Origin: a virus
Lineage: Duplodnaviria; Heunggongvirae; Uroviricota; Caudoviricetes
Reading direction: 5' to 3' (one strand)
Virus record (IMG/VR): IMGVR_UViG_3300013902_000006
DNA: 64,000 nucleotides
Part shown: piece by piece, positions 40,589-50,052 of the stretch
Position numbering within the stretch: position 1 is the stretch's first letter
Layout: every line of letters starts with the position of its first letter
The notes under the pieces: generated by a model
The model's input: the letters and a program-made list of their open reading frames with translations, nothing else
Database searches by the model: none
Told to the model about the DNA's origin: nothing
Made by a program: the position numbers and the translations under genes

Positions 40589-42697
40589 GTGGTGAATATT
40601 GATATTGATGATATACGTAAGAAGAATAAAATAATAGATAATGCGATTATCGCATTAAAAAAGAAATATATCGGTGTTGATGAACAAATCGACGAGATTA
40701 TGAATAATGTAAGGACGTGGTACTGTTATCCACAATTACAGTCTCGCCCTTGTGTCGTGAATTTATGGGGAATGAGTGGATGTTCTAAGACAGATTCTGT
40801 TCGTACAATTGCTAAGTTACTTAATCTTGAGGAAGATTTGATTTATTTTAATTTCGCAGACATTAATGAAAAAAATGCGTGGGAAATTGAGACCGACATT
40901 GAAGAAAACATAGGTAACAACAAGAGCAATCGCATTATTGTGTATGACGAATTTCAATATGCTGCAACTCTTGACAAGAAAAAGGAGGAGAAGGACAACA
41001 AGGGTGCTTTGAAACCATTTTGGGAATTGTTGGATACTGGTATTCTTCATAAGAAGACTGAGGTAAGCACTTTATTCGATGTTTATAAGATATATCTTGT
41101 ATTGAAGCGAATAATGGACAGTAATTATCCTATTAAGTTAGTCGACGGAAAGTGGCTTAACAGTAAGGGTTATATTGATAACACCAATGCCTATGAGAAA
41201 CGTGCAATAATGGATGTATTTGCACAGAATGATCAGCCTTGTTTTAAAAAGTATGATATGAATGGAGGAGATAGCATATCTTCAGAAGAAATATATTATA
41301 GTAATGACAAAACTGATTATGTTGAATTTAACCCTTGGTTGATAGATCGGGTAATTAGCATATACAATAATATTAATGGAAGTAAATATAAGTCTGACAA
41401 CGTTGAGATAAAGGAGAAGTTATATTCAATGTCCATTGATGAAATGATAAAGTTCTTTTTTGACCTTTATCATTCCGCATGTAAAGGTTATGACCTTAAT
41501 TTCAAGAATAGTCTTGTTTTTGTTATAGGTAATCTTGATGAGGCTTATGACGTAAGTTTCAATGTTAATCCCGATATGTCGCCTGATCAATTCCATAAGA
41601 TGACGAAGAAAATCAGTGTCGTTGATATTAAGGAAGCATTGAAGGAGAGATTCCGTAATGAACAAATCGCAAGGCTTGGCAACATTCATGTAATTTATCC
41701 GTCGTTCTCAAGCAAGACATTCAAGGGAATAATTCAAATGCAATTGGATAATTATTCCAAGGAGGTCAAAGAGAAAATCGGATGTGATATACGGTATGAT
41801 TCCTCAATTAACAAGATTATATATAAGGAAGGTGTATTCCCGACACATGGTACAAGACCTGTATTCTCAAGCATTCAAGAAATCGTCAAGTCAAGACTGC
41901 CTGAAGTAATAAAGCATCTTACCGAGATGAAACTGATACAAAGTTTAGACAGTTTGGAGTATTCGTATTCAAATGGCTATGTTAAGATGAAAGCGTATAA
42001 TATTGATGGTAATCTATTGTCTTCAATTAAGACAAAACTCAAATTGAGAATTGATAATCTTAGGAAATCAAGTCTAGATGATAAACAGGCATTATGTGCC
42101 GTACATGAAAGCGGGCATTTTGTCGTGTATACAAAAGTATACGGGAATGTACCTGCCAAGTTAATCTCAATGGCAACTGAGAGTGGAACAGGTGGTTTCT
42201 TGCAGCAAGACGATGATGAAGACGATAAGGCGATGAAGACATATGATTATTATTTTAATAACATCAAGATAGCTCTTGGAGGGTACGTCGCTGAGGAGGT
42301 AGTCTTTGGAAACAGTAAACGTACAAGTGGTGCGATATCAGATTTGAGGAAAGCGACTGCTATTGCGAGTAGAATGATGTTGGAAATGGGAATGGACAAG
42401 CCTATTGTTAAGAGTAACATGTTAGACCTTGAATCGCAGTATTTAATTGTCGACGATAAAAGGAAAGATATAAACGACAAGGTATCAGCAATAATTGGCA
42501 AGGCGTTGGATGAAGTTAAGGAATTGCTTAATGATGCTGATTATAGGGTAATGTTAAAAAAATCATCTGATTACTTGGCTACTCATTCTGAAATGCCGAG
42601 AAACAAGATGAAAGAATTTTTTTCGGTAATACCAAATTGTAAGAGAACTGTCATTAATGACAGATTTTACAGGAATGCCTTGAAAAATTTTAAATAA
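40589..42697 (+). CDS. P-loop ATPase fused to an FtsH-type (M41) zinc metallopeptidase domain; soluble, with no TM segments
   Basis: N-terminal deviant Walker A GMSGCSKT and Walker B IIVYDEF. The C-terminus aligns with the E. coli FtsH protease domain: HESGHF versus HEAGHA; KLISMATESGTGGFL versus KVTIIPRGRALGVTFF; LGGYVAEEVVFG..TSGAISDLRKATAIASRMMLEMGM versus [37 protein letters not shown]. Confidence 0.65.
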   Translation: MVNIDIDDIRKKNKIIDNAIIALKKKYIGVDEQIDEIMNNVRTWYCYPQLQSRPCVVNLWGMSGCSKTDSVRTIAKLLNLEEDLIYFNFADINEKNAWEIETDIEENIGNNKSNRIIVYDEFQYAATLDKKKEEKDNKGALKPFWELLDTGILHKKTEVSTLFDVYKIYLVLKRIMDSNYPIKLVDGKWLNSKGYIDNTNAYEKRAIMDVFAQNDQPCFKKYDMNGGDSISSEEIYYSNDKTDYVEFNPWLIDRVISIYNNINGSKYKSDNVEIKEKLYSMSIDEMIKFFFDLYHSACKGYDLNFKNSLVFVIGNLDEAYDVSFNVNPDMSPDQFHKMTKKISVVDIKEALKERFRNEQIARLGNIHVIYPSFSSKTFKGIIQMQLDNYSKEVKEKIGCDIRYDSSINKIIYKEGVFPTHGTRPVFSSIQEIVKSRLPEVIKHLTEMKLIQSLDSLEYSYSNGYVKMKAYNIDGNLLSSIKTKLKLRIDNLRKSSLDDKQALCAVHESGHFVVYTKVYGNVPAKLISMATESGTGGFLQQDDDEDDKAMKTYDYYFNNIKIALGGYVAEEVVFGNSKRTSGAISDLRKATAIASRMMLEMGMDKPIVKSNMLDLESQYLIVDDKRKDINDKVSAIIGKALDEVKELLNDADYRVMLKKSSDYLATHSEMPRNKMKEFFSVIPNCKRTVINDRFYRNALKNFK

Positions 42698-42701
42698 TGA
42701 C

Positions 42702-42716
42702 TGACAATTAGTCAGA
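42702..42716 (+). terminator. Short hairpin CTGAC-AATTA-GTCAG after the FtsH-like gene
   Basis: 5-bp inverted repeat immediately after the stop. Confidence 0.25.
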
Positions 42717-42773
42717 TAATGTTTATAGGCATAAAAATTGTGTTAAGAATAAATTAGATAAAAAGTTTTAATT

Positions 42774-43247
42774 ATGGCAATTGATTTTATTGACAAAATG
42801 GTTAGTGACAGTGTCCTTGGAGATGAATTTTTCAAGGCTTTGGACGAAGTGACAAAAAACATCCAGACAAACGTTCATACCGTTTGTGAGAAATGGAAGA
42901 ATGGCGAGTTGATATCCAAGGATGAGGAGAAGTATGAGAATGGTAAGAAAACATTGGATGTTCATCAGTCAAAGAACATCGAGGTAGAAGATAAAGATGA
43001 AGATAAAGGTTGCGTTTCTTCTAATTCTTGTAACTGTAACGGTACTTGCAATAAATGTAAGTGTGCTAATGCAGATGAAGAAATCAATTCTTTGATAGAG
43101 AAAAACAAGTCATTGACAAACGCATATGAAGAAATGCAGCGAGCAAATAGCGACTTGTATCATCAAAAGGCAGCACTTGAAAATGAAAATGCGGCATTAA
43201 AAGAAAAGTTGAATAGATTTAAGAAATTATTTGAAAACGAATTCTAA
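42774..43247 (+). CDS. Cys-rich/coiled-coil protein
   Basis: CVSSNSCNCNGTCNKCKC cluster followed by a heptad-like C-terminus (LENENAALKEKLNRFKKL). Confidence 0.4.
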   Translation: MAIDFIDKMVSDSVLGDEFFKALDEVTKNIQTNVHTVCEKWKNGELISKDEEKYENGKKTLDVHQSKNIEVEDKDEDKGCVSSNSCNCNGTCNKCKCANADEEINSLIEKNKSLTNAYEEMQRANSDLYHQKAALENENAALKEKLNRFKKLFENEF

Positions 43248-43373
43248 TTTATTTAACGTATAAATTTTATTTCCTGTTATAGGTAAAGACAAATATAAAT
43301 CAATAATTAAGTCTTTACCTATTTTTTTTATTATTTTTAACAATTAAAATTTGCTTCTGACGATTTAATTTTG

Positions 43374-43381
43374 TACCTTTG
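43374..43381 (+). promoter_or_regulatory. -7 box TACCTTTG(CA) upstream of dnaJ
   Basis: TAnnTTTG match 21 nt before the ATG. The same TACCTTTGCA decamer recurs at 49156, 56101 and 62524. Confidence 0.45.
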
Positions 43382-43401
43382 CAACAATAAATGGTAGAAC
43401 G

Positions 43402-44529
43402 ATGAAGAAAGATTATTATAAAATATTAGGATTGTCAGATTCTGATAAAAAACTTGATAATGACAGTTTTTCTAAGGCATTGAAAAAGGCATACCGTAAA
43501 TTATGTCTTAAATATCATCCTGATAAGTTTGCTTCCAAGTCTGACGAGGAAAAGAAACAAGCTGAGGATAAATTCAAGGAAATTACTGAAGCATATTCGG
43601 TGTTGAATGATACTGAGAAACGTAAAAGATATGATATGTATGGCTCTGTCGATGGTAACGGTTATGACAGTTATGAGGGAGACAGTGACATTGATGAGAT
43701 ATTACGTCGTTACGCAAACGCAGCGAATCCTTTCAATGATCCTTTTGGCGAAAGCGGAGGTTTTCGACAAGGTAGCACGAAACAACGAGGAAGCGATAAA
43801 AGGCTTAAAATAAACATCACTTTAAAGGAACTTTATGAGGGAGGAACTAAGAAGATTAATTTTAAATTGAAACAAGCTTGTCCTCAATGTGGTGGAAGTG
43901 GTCTTGGAAAGTATGGCAAATACAATGATTGCCCCTTCTGTAATGGAACAGGTGTCGAAGTTGAGAGACGTGTGATGCCAGGTGGATACTTTGAAACTCG
44001 TCACGAATGTTCTCATTGTGGAGGAACAGGTAAGACTGTCGTAAACGGCTGTTCTCATTGTGGAGGAACAGGTGTCGTAGAAAATACCATTACAATGAAC
44101 ATTGACATACCGTTTGTTACTGATTGCAACAAGGAATACGTAAAACGAGGCAGTGGTAATATGGGGCAGCATAACGGTATCAGTGGTGATCTATATCTTA
44201 CTTATAATATTACGAATGATGTCGATAATTTCTATCTTAGTAGTGATTCTCCTTTCGACATTATTAAACACGAAGATGTTAAATTAATCGATTGTTTGTT
44301 AGGATGTGACATCGACATCGTTCACATCAATGGTAAGAAGGTCAAATGCCACGTGAACAAATGTACGCCTAATAACAACTTTATCACTATAAAAGGCGAA
44401 GGTTTGCCTAAGCCTAACGGTAACAGGGGCGACCTTAAGGTTGTCATAAGACAGCAATTTCCATCAGAATTAAATAATGATGAGATAAAACTATTGACCA
44501 AATTAAAGAAATCAAATAATTTTAAGTAA
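43402..44529 (+). CDS. dnaJ: DnaJ-like co-chaperone (J domain + four CxxCxGxG zinc-finger repeats)
   Basis: DYYKILGL...YRKLCLKYHPDK J-domain with HPD. CPQCGGSG, CPFCNGTG, CSHCGGTG and CSHCGGTG repeats. Confidence 0.8.
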   Translation: MKKDYYKILGLSDSDKKLDNDSFSKALKKAYRKLCLKYHPDKFASKSDEEKKQAEDKFKEITEAYSVLNDTEKRKRYDMYGSVDGNGYDSYEGDSDIDEILRRYANAANPFNDPFGESGGFRQGSTKQRGSDKRLKINITLKELYEGGTKKINFKLKQACPQCGGSGLGKYGKYNDCPFCNGTGVEVERRVMPGGYFETRHECSHCGGTGKTVVNGCSHCGGTGVVENTITMNIDIPFVTDCNKEYVKRGSGNMGQHNGISGDLYLTYNITNDVDNFYLSSDSPFDIIKHEDVKLIDCLLGCDIDIVHINGKKVKCHVNKCTPNNNFITIKGEGLPKPNGNRGDLKVVIRQQFPSELNNDEIKLLTKLKKSNNFK

Positions 44530-44978
44530 TGAATTATAGTGCAGGAATTATACCATATCGAGTAAATGATGATGGTGAAATGGAATTTTTCGTAGGACAT
44601 CCTGGTGGTAATCATTGGAATAGTCGCTATTTGTGGATGTTCTTGAAGGGTGGTGTCGAAGGCAATGAGAATTGGTCTCAAACTGCGGTGCGAGAATTTG
44701 AGGAAGAGACAGGTTTGACCCTTACCGATGAAATGGTCAAGAGTTTGATACCATTGGGTAGCGTATTACAAAATAGTCATAAGACTACGATTGCATTCGG
44801 ATTACATTATCCTGATATTGATCCGAATACTTGCCATTCGAATTTGACAGACGACGGCAGTTGTTATGAGATTGATAGTTATCGTTGGATGACGTATGAT
44901 AAACTTAAGGAAGTCACACACAAGACACATCTCGGCTTCTATGACCAATTAATTACTTTGAATAATGCAACTTATTAA
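44529..44978 (+). CDS. Nudix hydrolase
   Basis: Nudix box GGVEGNENWSQTAVREFEEETGL (GX5EX7REUXEEXGU). Confidence 0.7.
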   Translation: MNYSAGIIPYRVNDDGEMEFFVGHPGGNHWNSRYLWMFLKGGVEGNENWSQTAVREFEEETGLTLTDEMVKSLIPLGSVLQNSHKTTIAFGLHYPDIDPNTCHSNLTDDGSCYEIDSYRWMTYDKLKEVTHKTHLGFYDQLITLNNATY

Positions 44979-45573
44979 GGATAAAGACCCTATTTTCTTT
45001 ACGGATGAATATGATGTTGTCTTGTTGGGAACATCTACAGCTTGTTCGCTCGCAAGTGGTTTTCAAGGAAAAATGGCAAGAAAATACCCATATGTCGATG
45101 AAGCGAATGACAAACAACCGTATCGTGATAATCGAAGACTTGGTAAACGTTTGACGTTGAAACAAGAAGGCAAGCCGACAATATCATTGATGTATATTAG
45201 TAAGTATAATGATAGTCGTAACGTGACTATCGACTATGAGGCGTTGACAAATTGTTTGACTACAGCAAATGCCGAATTCAAGGGAAAGAAAGTTATTACA
45301 ACAATTGTTGGGGCTACAAAAGTTGACGGCAATGGCGAACGTGACAAATGTCTTAAAATCTTGGAGGAATGTACGAAAGATCTTGATATTGACGTTTACG
45401 ATTATGAGCAACTTACATATTCGGAAGAATGTGCAAAAGTACTTAGACCGTTGACTGACAAATGGATAAAGGAGAACGTGAAAACGACAAAACAGCAAAG
45501 AATCGAGGAGAGAAAAAAAATATTGGAAAAGAATTATCTTAATAAAGTTTATTATGGCGGTGAAACCTACTAA
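44965..45573 (+). CDS. Hypothetical protein
   Basis: 202-aa ORF. Confidence 0.4.
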   Translation: MQLIKDKDPIFFTDEYDVVLLGTSTACSLASGFQGKMARKYPYVDEANDKQPYRDNRRLGKRLTLKQEGKPTISLMYISKYNDSRNVTIDYEALTNCLTTANAEFKGKKVITTIVGATKVDGNGERDKCLKILEECTKDLDIDVYDYEQLTYSEECAKVLRPLTDKWIKENVKTTKQQRIEERKKILEKNYLNKVYYGGETY

Positions 45574-46111
45574 TACAAGAAGCAATAAAAAATTAGACTA
45601 TAAGATTAACGAGGACATTCGTAATTATGATACTGTACGTGTAATCTATAAAGAACACAGTTCAGAGACGAGCGAGAATGATTTTAACCAAGTAATGTCC
45701 TTGTCCGAGGCAAAAAAGATATCAAGAGAAATGTCCCTTGACCTTATTGAAATCAATTCATCTGCGAATCCTCCTATTCTCAGATTGTGCGATTATTCCA
45801 AGTTCATATGGGAGCAGAAGAAAAGAGAGAAATCTCGTAACAAAAACACCACGACATTGAAGGAAATTCAATTGAAGGCAAATATCGCTGATAATGATTT
45901 GGAGACCAAGGCTCGGGCTGCATTGAAGTTTCTTGAAAATGGTTTTAAAGTAAAGGTCGTATTGACATTGCGAGGCCGTGAGAATGCAAGAAAAGAGTAT
46001 TCAAAGGGGGTATTTTATCGTTTTCTTGAACTTGTCGGTGATAATGCCGTATTTGAATTGAAACCTAAGGATGAAGGCAATAAGACCATTACGATAATTA
46101 GGAAAAAATAA
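45554..46111 (+). CDS. infC: Translation initiation factor IF-3 homolog
   Basis: N-domain VRVIYKEH...MSLSEAKKISREMSLDLIEINSSANPPILRLCDYSKFIWEQKK aligns with bacterial IF3 (VRLI...EAL.LA...[26 protein letters not shown]). C-domain KVKVVLTLRGRENARKEYS aligns with KAKITLRFRGREMAHQQ. Confidence 0.8.
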   Translation: MAVKPTNTRSNKKLDYKINEDIRNYDTVRVIYKEHSSETSENDFNQVMSLSEAKKISREMSLDLIEINSSANPPILRLCDYSKFIWEQKKREKSRNKNTTTLKEIQLKANIADNDLETKARAALKFLENGFKVKVVLTLRGRENARKEYSKGVFYRFLELVGDNAVFELKPKDEGNKTITIIRKK

Positions 46112-46128
46112 TTAAACACTTATGATAC

Positions 46129-46992
46129 ATGATTGTTGACTGTAAAACTCATAGTGGAAGATACATTAACTATACGGGGATAACTGAGGCATACATCAGA
46201 GATATAAGAAACTATGATGTAATAAGTCCTCAGGAACAGAAGAAACTTTTAAGATTAGCCCATAGTACCGACAATCAGGTTAAGCAGGAGGCAATAAATA
46301 AATTAATTCAATGTAATCAACGTTTTATTATATCATTTGCGAAGAAGTGGTCTCAAGGGAGTAATTTACTCGATATAGTAAACGAGGCAAATTTAGGCTT
46401 GTTGGAAGCAATCGAGAAATTTGATATTAATAGTAATAACAATTTTCTTACATATGCAGTATGGTGGATAAGGAAATACGTCAAGGATTATCATAATAGC
46501 TATGATAATATCGTAAAACGTCCCAATGCCAATAAACATAATTTGTATGTACCTAAAGCTAGGAGGTGGTTTGAAAACAAATATGATAGAGAACCCACCA
46601 ATGATGAATTGTTAGAAATCTTACGTAAGAAGTATAATTACCAAATTAGTGACCCAAGCGACCTTGATGAATTAAGACCTTATTCAATAGAAAATGATAA
46701 TGATGACAATGAATTAAATCTCTGTGAGACCGATAGACTTTTTAATGAAAAGACGGCTACTGATAATGTTAGTGATGGTATAAACAATGAATACACCAAA
46801 AGTTTTGTCGATTTTCTTTTAAGTAAGTTAGACGAAACAGAAAGAAATGTCATTACCAAGAATTATGGGATAGGTTGTCTCCCAAAGACAGTTGAGTCCA
46901 TTGCAGATGAAATGAACGTACCATCGTATAAGGTGAGAAGTATCTTAAAAAAAACACATAATAAATTAAAAAATTATGAAAATTTCAATTAA
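46129..46992 (+). CDS. Second sigma-70 family sigma factor (regions 2 and 4)
   Basis: DIVNEANLGLLEAIEKFDINSNNNFLTYAVWWIRKYV is a region 2 match. TVESIADEMNVPSYKVRSILKKTHNKLK is a region 4.2 match. Confidence 0.7.
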   Translation: MIVDCKTHSGRYINYTGITEAYIRDIRNYDVISPQEQKKLLRLAHSTDNQVKQEAINKLIQCNQRFIISFAKKWSQGSNLLDIVNEANLGLLEAIEKFDINSNNNFLTYAVWWIRKYVKDYHNSYDNIVKRPNANKHNLYVPKARRWFENKYDREPTNDELLEILRKKYNYQISDPSDLDELRPYSIENDNDDNELNLCETDRLFNEKTATDNVSDGINNEYTKSFVDFLLSKLDETERNVITKNYGIGCLPKTVESIADEMNVPSYKVRSILKKTHNKLKNYENFN

Positions 46993-47350
46993 ATTAACAG
47001 ACGAACACATCAAGCTTCTAAAGACATTGAGGTTTGAGAAAATAGATGAAAGACACTACGGTGTCGACAATTACGTATTGTGGGCTTGCGGACTGTCTTC
47101 CATATGGGAAGATATGGCAGCAATATTGGGTTATCAGGATAAAGTAATCGCTGAGACAAGGGAAGACCCTATGGGTGCAATCTGCGAAAAGGAAATACAG
47201 GAACACTTGGAAGAACTTGATGCCTTCTTTGTTGAACATATAACCGATATGGAGGAAATTTTACATCAGTTTTGTATGGTAGGAATTAAACCAGGGAAAT
47301 ATACTTGTCTTGACAACGTACATATATGGAAGTACGAGGGAGATAAGTAG
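46976..47350 (+). CDS. Hypothetical protein immediately downstream of sigma factor 2
   Basis: 124-aa ORF overlapping the sigma gene stop. Confidence 0.4.
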   Translation: MKISIKLTDEHIKLLKTLRFEKIDERHYGVDNYVLWACGLSSIWEDMAAILGYQDKVIAETREDPMGAICEKEIQEHLEELDAFFVEHITDMEEILHQFCMVGIKPGKYTCLDNVHIWKYEGDK

Positions 47351-47390
47351 ACGAAATAAGGTGTAGCATTTAAAATACTACACCTTAAAA

Positions 47391-47762
47391 TTATTTTTCA
47401 CGTAATAATTCATACAGTTTTGTTATTTCTTGGTCTGTGAAATGACGAACAACGCCGTCGGCATCTGGTTTACCTGTTGCCTTCTTTGAGAACAACGAAC
47501 GATAGGTGTCCTCTTCGCCCTTGTCACGTGGATGGTAAATATGCCTCATTAATTCGGCGTGGTTGAACTTGTCATCTTTAAGCATATTCATTACGGCTTT
47601 GCGTTTCATATCCACGTCATCATTCGCCTCAGAGATTATTTTATTCGTGTATTTATATACTTCTTCTTTCACGACATTTCGTACCTTGTTACGAATTATA
47701 GCTTCATTCATTTGTGAACGTAGCATATCATCTATTTGTCTTTTGATTGTCTCGTTTAACAT
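47391..47762 (-). CDS. Hypothetical protein (lone opposite-strand gene)
   Basis: 123-aa ORF with convergent/divergent neighbours and clean intergenic gaps. Confidence 0.4.
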   Translation of the reverse strand: MLNETIKRQIDDMLRSQMNEAIIRNKVRNVVKEEVYKYTNKIISEANDDVDMKRKAVMNMLKDDKFNHAELMRHIYHPRDKGEEDTYRSLFSKKATGKPDADGVVRHFTDQEITKLYELLREK

Positions 47763-47815
47763 GTGAAAATATCTTTTTTAATAAATAGTGATAAGTTCAA
47801 TTAAAATTTAAAAAT

Positions 47816-48289
47816 ATGACAGAAAAGGAACAACATTCTTATAGAATGTACTGCTTTGTGGAAAGACATCTATCACCTTTGGATAAAGGTATACAATCTG
47901 CTCATTCTATCGTGGAATATGGGAATTCTTATAGCGATACTGAAGAGTATTCCATATGGGCGAATAGGGATAAAACCATAATACTACTTAATGGCGGAAC
48001 TGTCAACGAATTAAAAGCTCTCGAATCTGATCTGGCAAGAAATGGCATTCATCGTTCTCTTTTTCTTGAAGAGGATTTGAATAACGCAATGACTTGCATC
48101 TCCGTATTGGTAGATGATAGAGTATTCGATAAAGTCAAATATCCTGATTTTCTCAGCGGGCATAGTGACGTAATGGCATTTATGTTCACGATGTCTAATG
48201 AAAAGTATGACGAGTGGTTGGAGAAAATAGGAGGTGAGAAAAATCGTTATCTCCGTGAATTATTAGGTAAATATCATTTGGCAAGATAA
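47816..48289 (+). CDS. Hypothetical protein
   Basis: 157-aa ORF. Confidence 0.4.
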   Translation: MTEKEQHSYRMYCFVERHLSPLDKGIQSAHSIVEYGNSYSDTEEYSIWANRDKTIILLNGGTVNELKALESDLARNGIHRSLFLEEDLNNAMTCISVLVDDRVFDKVKYPDFLSGHSDVMAFMFTMSNEKYDEWLEKIGGEKNRYLRELLGKYHLAR

Positions 48290-48295
48290 ATAAAT

Positions 48296-49111
48296 ATGGC
48301 AAATAACAGAGTATTTAAGCCAATTCGTTATTTTGGCTCGAAAGGCACATTTTATAATAAACTTCTCGAATATTTTCCACCGAAGGATAGCTATAATATG
48401 TATATTGAACCCTTCGGTGGCTCATACACAATGGGTTTGTCTGCGGATTTACCTGATAAGGTATGCGAGATTTATAATGATAAAGAACATAATGTGTATT
48501 CTTTGTATAAAGTATTATCAGATAAGGTACTTTTTAACGAATTCGAACGATTATGTAATTTAGCGACATATAACGAATATATGCGACAGAAATGCCGAGA
48601 GGAATTAAAGAAAGATGAACTTGACATTGTTTTAAGAGCATTTTATTTCTTCTATGTAAACCACACAAGCCATAACGGTGTGGGAGGATTTAGTATTAAT
48701 CCCATTATAAGAAGAGGAATGGCAAAGAGCGTGTCTGATATGCTGTCTTGTATTGATAGGTTACCCGAGTTACATCAAAGGCTAAGTCGAGTAATAGTTA
48801 CCAATAAGGACGGTATCGAATTAGTTAAGAAATATAATACGGAGAACGTTTTTCTGTATTTAGATCCTCCATATGTCCAATCTACGAGAACATCGGCAAG
48901 ATATGCTGAGGATATGGACGATGAGACTCACAAAAAACTTATTGATGCTTGTATTGCCTCTAAAGCAAAGATATTAATTAGTGGCTATGACAATCCATTG
49001 TATGATAAGTTACTTTCCAATGGATTTACAAAAAGTCAATTCGAGGTAAATACTATCAGTGGAGACAAAAGGCCAAAAGTAAAGGTCGAGACAATATGGA
49101 AAAATTATTAA
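48296..49111 (+). CDS. DNA N6-adenine methyltransferase, Dam/D12 class
   Basis: RYFGSKGTFYNKLLEYFP (motif X/I region), IEPFGGS (FxGxG) and LYLDPPY (motif IV DPPY). Confidence 0.75.
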   Translation: MANNRVFKPIRYFGSKGTFYNKLLEYFPPKDSYNMYIEPFGGSYTMGLSADLPDKVCEIYNDKEHNVYSLYKVLSDKVLFNEFERLCNLATYNEYMRQKCREELKKDELDIVLRAFYFFYVNHTSHNGVGGFSINPIIRRGMAKSVSDMLSCIDRLPELHQRLSRVIVTNKDGIELVKKYNTENVFLYLDPPYVQSTRTSARYAEDMDDETHKKLIDACIASKAKILISGYDNPLYDKLLSNGFTKSQFEVNTISGDKRPKVKVETIWKNY

Positions 49112-49155
49112 CATCTTTTAAGGAAAAATAATTTTGTTTATTGGAAATAATGTAG

Positions 49156-49163
49156 TACCTTTG
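49156..49163 (+). promoter_or_regulatory. -7 box TACCTTTG(CA) upstream of the lipoprotein gene
   Basis: TAnnTTTG match 30 nt before the ATG. Confidence 0.45.
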
Positions 49164-49192
49164 CACTCGTTAAACAAATAATAAATATTTCT

Positions 49193-50017
49193 ATGAGAAA
49201 AATTCTAATGTTTATGACACTATTGTTGGTGTCAATTTTAGGTTTCACCTCTTGTCATAGTGTATCACCAGATGCTGATGAGGAAGCCGTAATGGTGAAG
49301 AAACCTTGGTTCTTCGGTCACGGTGGTGTAGAGAAGGATGCTGTTCAGACAGGACTTACTTGGTGTTGGTGGTCAACAAGTGGCTATTATTTCAAAATTG
49401 TCCCAGTTCGTCATGAAATTGCCTTGGATGATTTGTTCAGTGACGATAATACACCTCTTGATTTCCACACGGTAATTATTACACAGATTGAGCAAGGTAA
49501 GTCACCAATTCTTTTGCAAAACTATGGCGAGAATTGGTTCGATACGAATCTCAACAATTATTTCTGTAACCTTGTTCGAGACCATATTTCACAACATAGT
49601 CCATTCGATTTGATGTCAAATCGTGCAGTACTTAATGATATTGACAATAAGATACGTCAGCAGATGCAGAATTATGTCGCAGCCTTGTCTAAAAAGAAGG
49701 AAATGCCTGTTATTATCAAGGAGGTTATCATTGGTAAGGCAACACCGAATAAAGAGCAGCTTAACGAAATGAATCGCACCGCAAAGGTGGTACAAGCAAA
49801 ACAGACACAAGAGCGTGAATATGAGGTACAGATCGCTCGTGAGAAAGCTGAGAGACAGAAGGCGAAGGCTGATAAGGCGTATATGGAGGAAATGAATCTT
49901 TCTGCTGGACAATTCATTAATTTGAAATGGATTGAGACCGTTGCCAATAAGCAAGGCGCAAACATCGATGTTCTTGTAGGAGGAGGAAGTGACCCGATTT
50001 GGAATATTAAACGATAA
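49193..50017 (+). CDS. Lipoprotein (lipobox LGFTSC) with an SPFH/band-7-like C-terminal region
   Basis: Signal peptide MRKILMFMTLLLVSILGFTSC. Charged helical C-terminus QAKQTQEREYEVQIAREKAERQKAKADKA resembles HflK/C-type SPFH proteins. Local GC content is noticeably higher than in flanking phage genes. Confidence 0.5.
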   Translation: MRKILMFMTLLLVSILGFTSCHSVSPDADEEAVMVKKPWFFGHGGVEKDAVQTGLTWCWWSTSGYYFKIVPVRHEIALDDLFSDDNTPLDFHTVIITQIEQGKSPILLQNYGENWFDTNLNNYFCNLVRDHISQHSPFDLMSNRAVLNDIDNKIRQQMQNYVAALSKKKEMPVIIKEVIIGKATPNKEQLNEMNRTAKVVQAKQTQEREYEVQIAREKAERQKAKADKAYMEEMNLSAGQFINLKWIETVANKQGANIDVLVGGGSDPIWNIKR

Positions 50018-50052
50018 ATTATTTTAAACTTAAATAAATTAAATTTTAAAAA

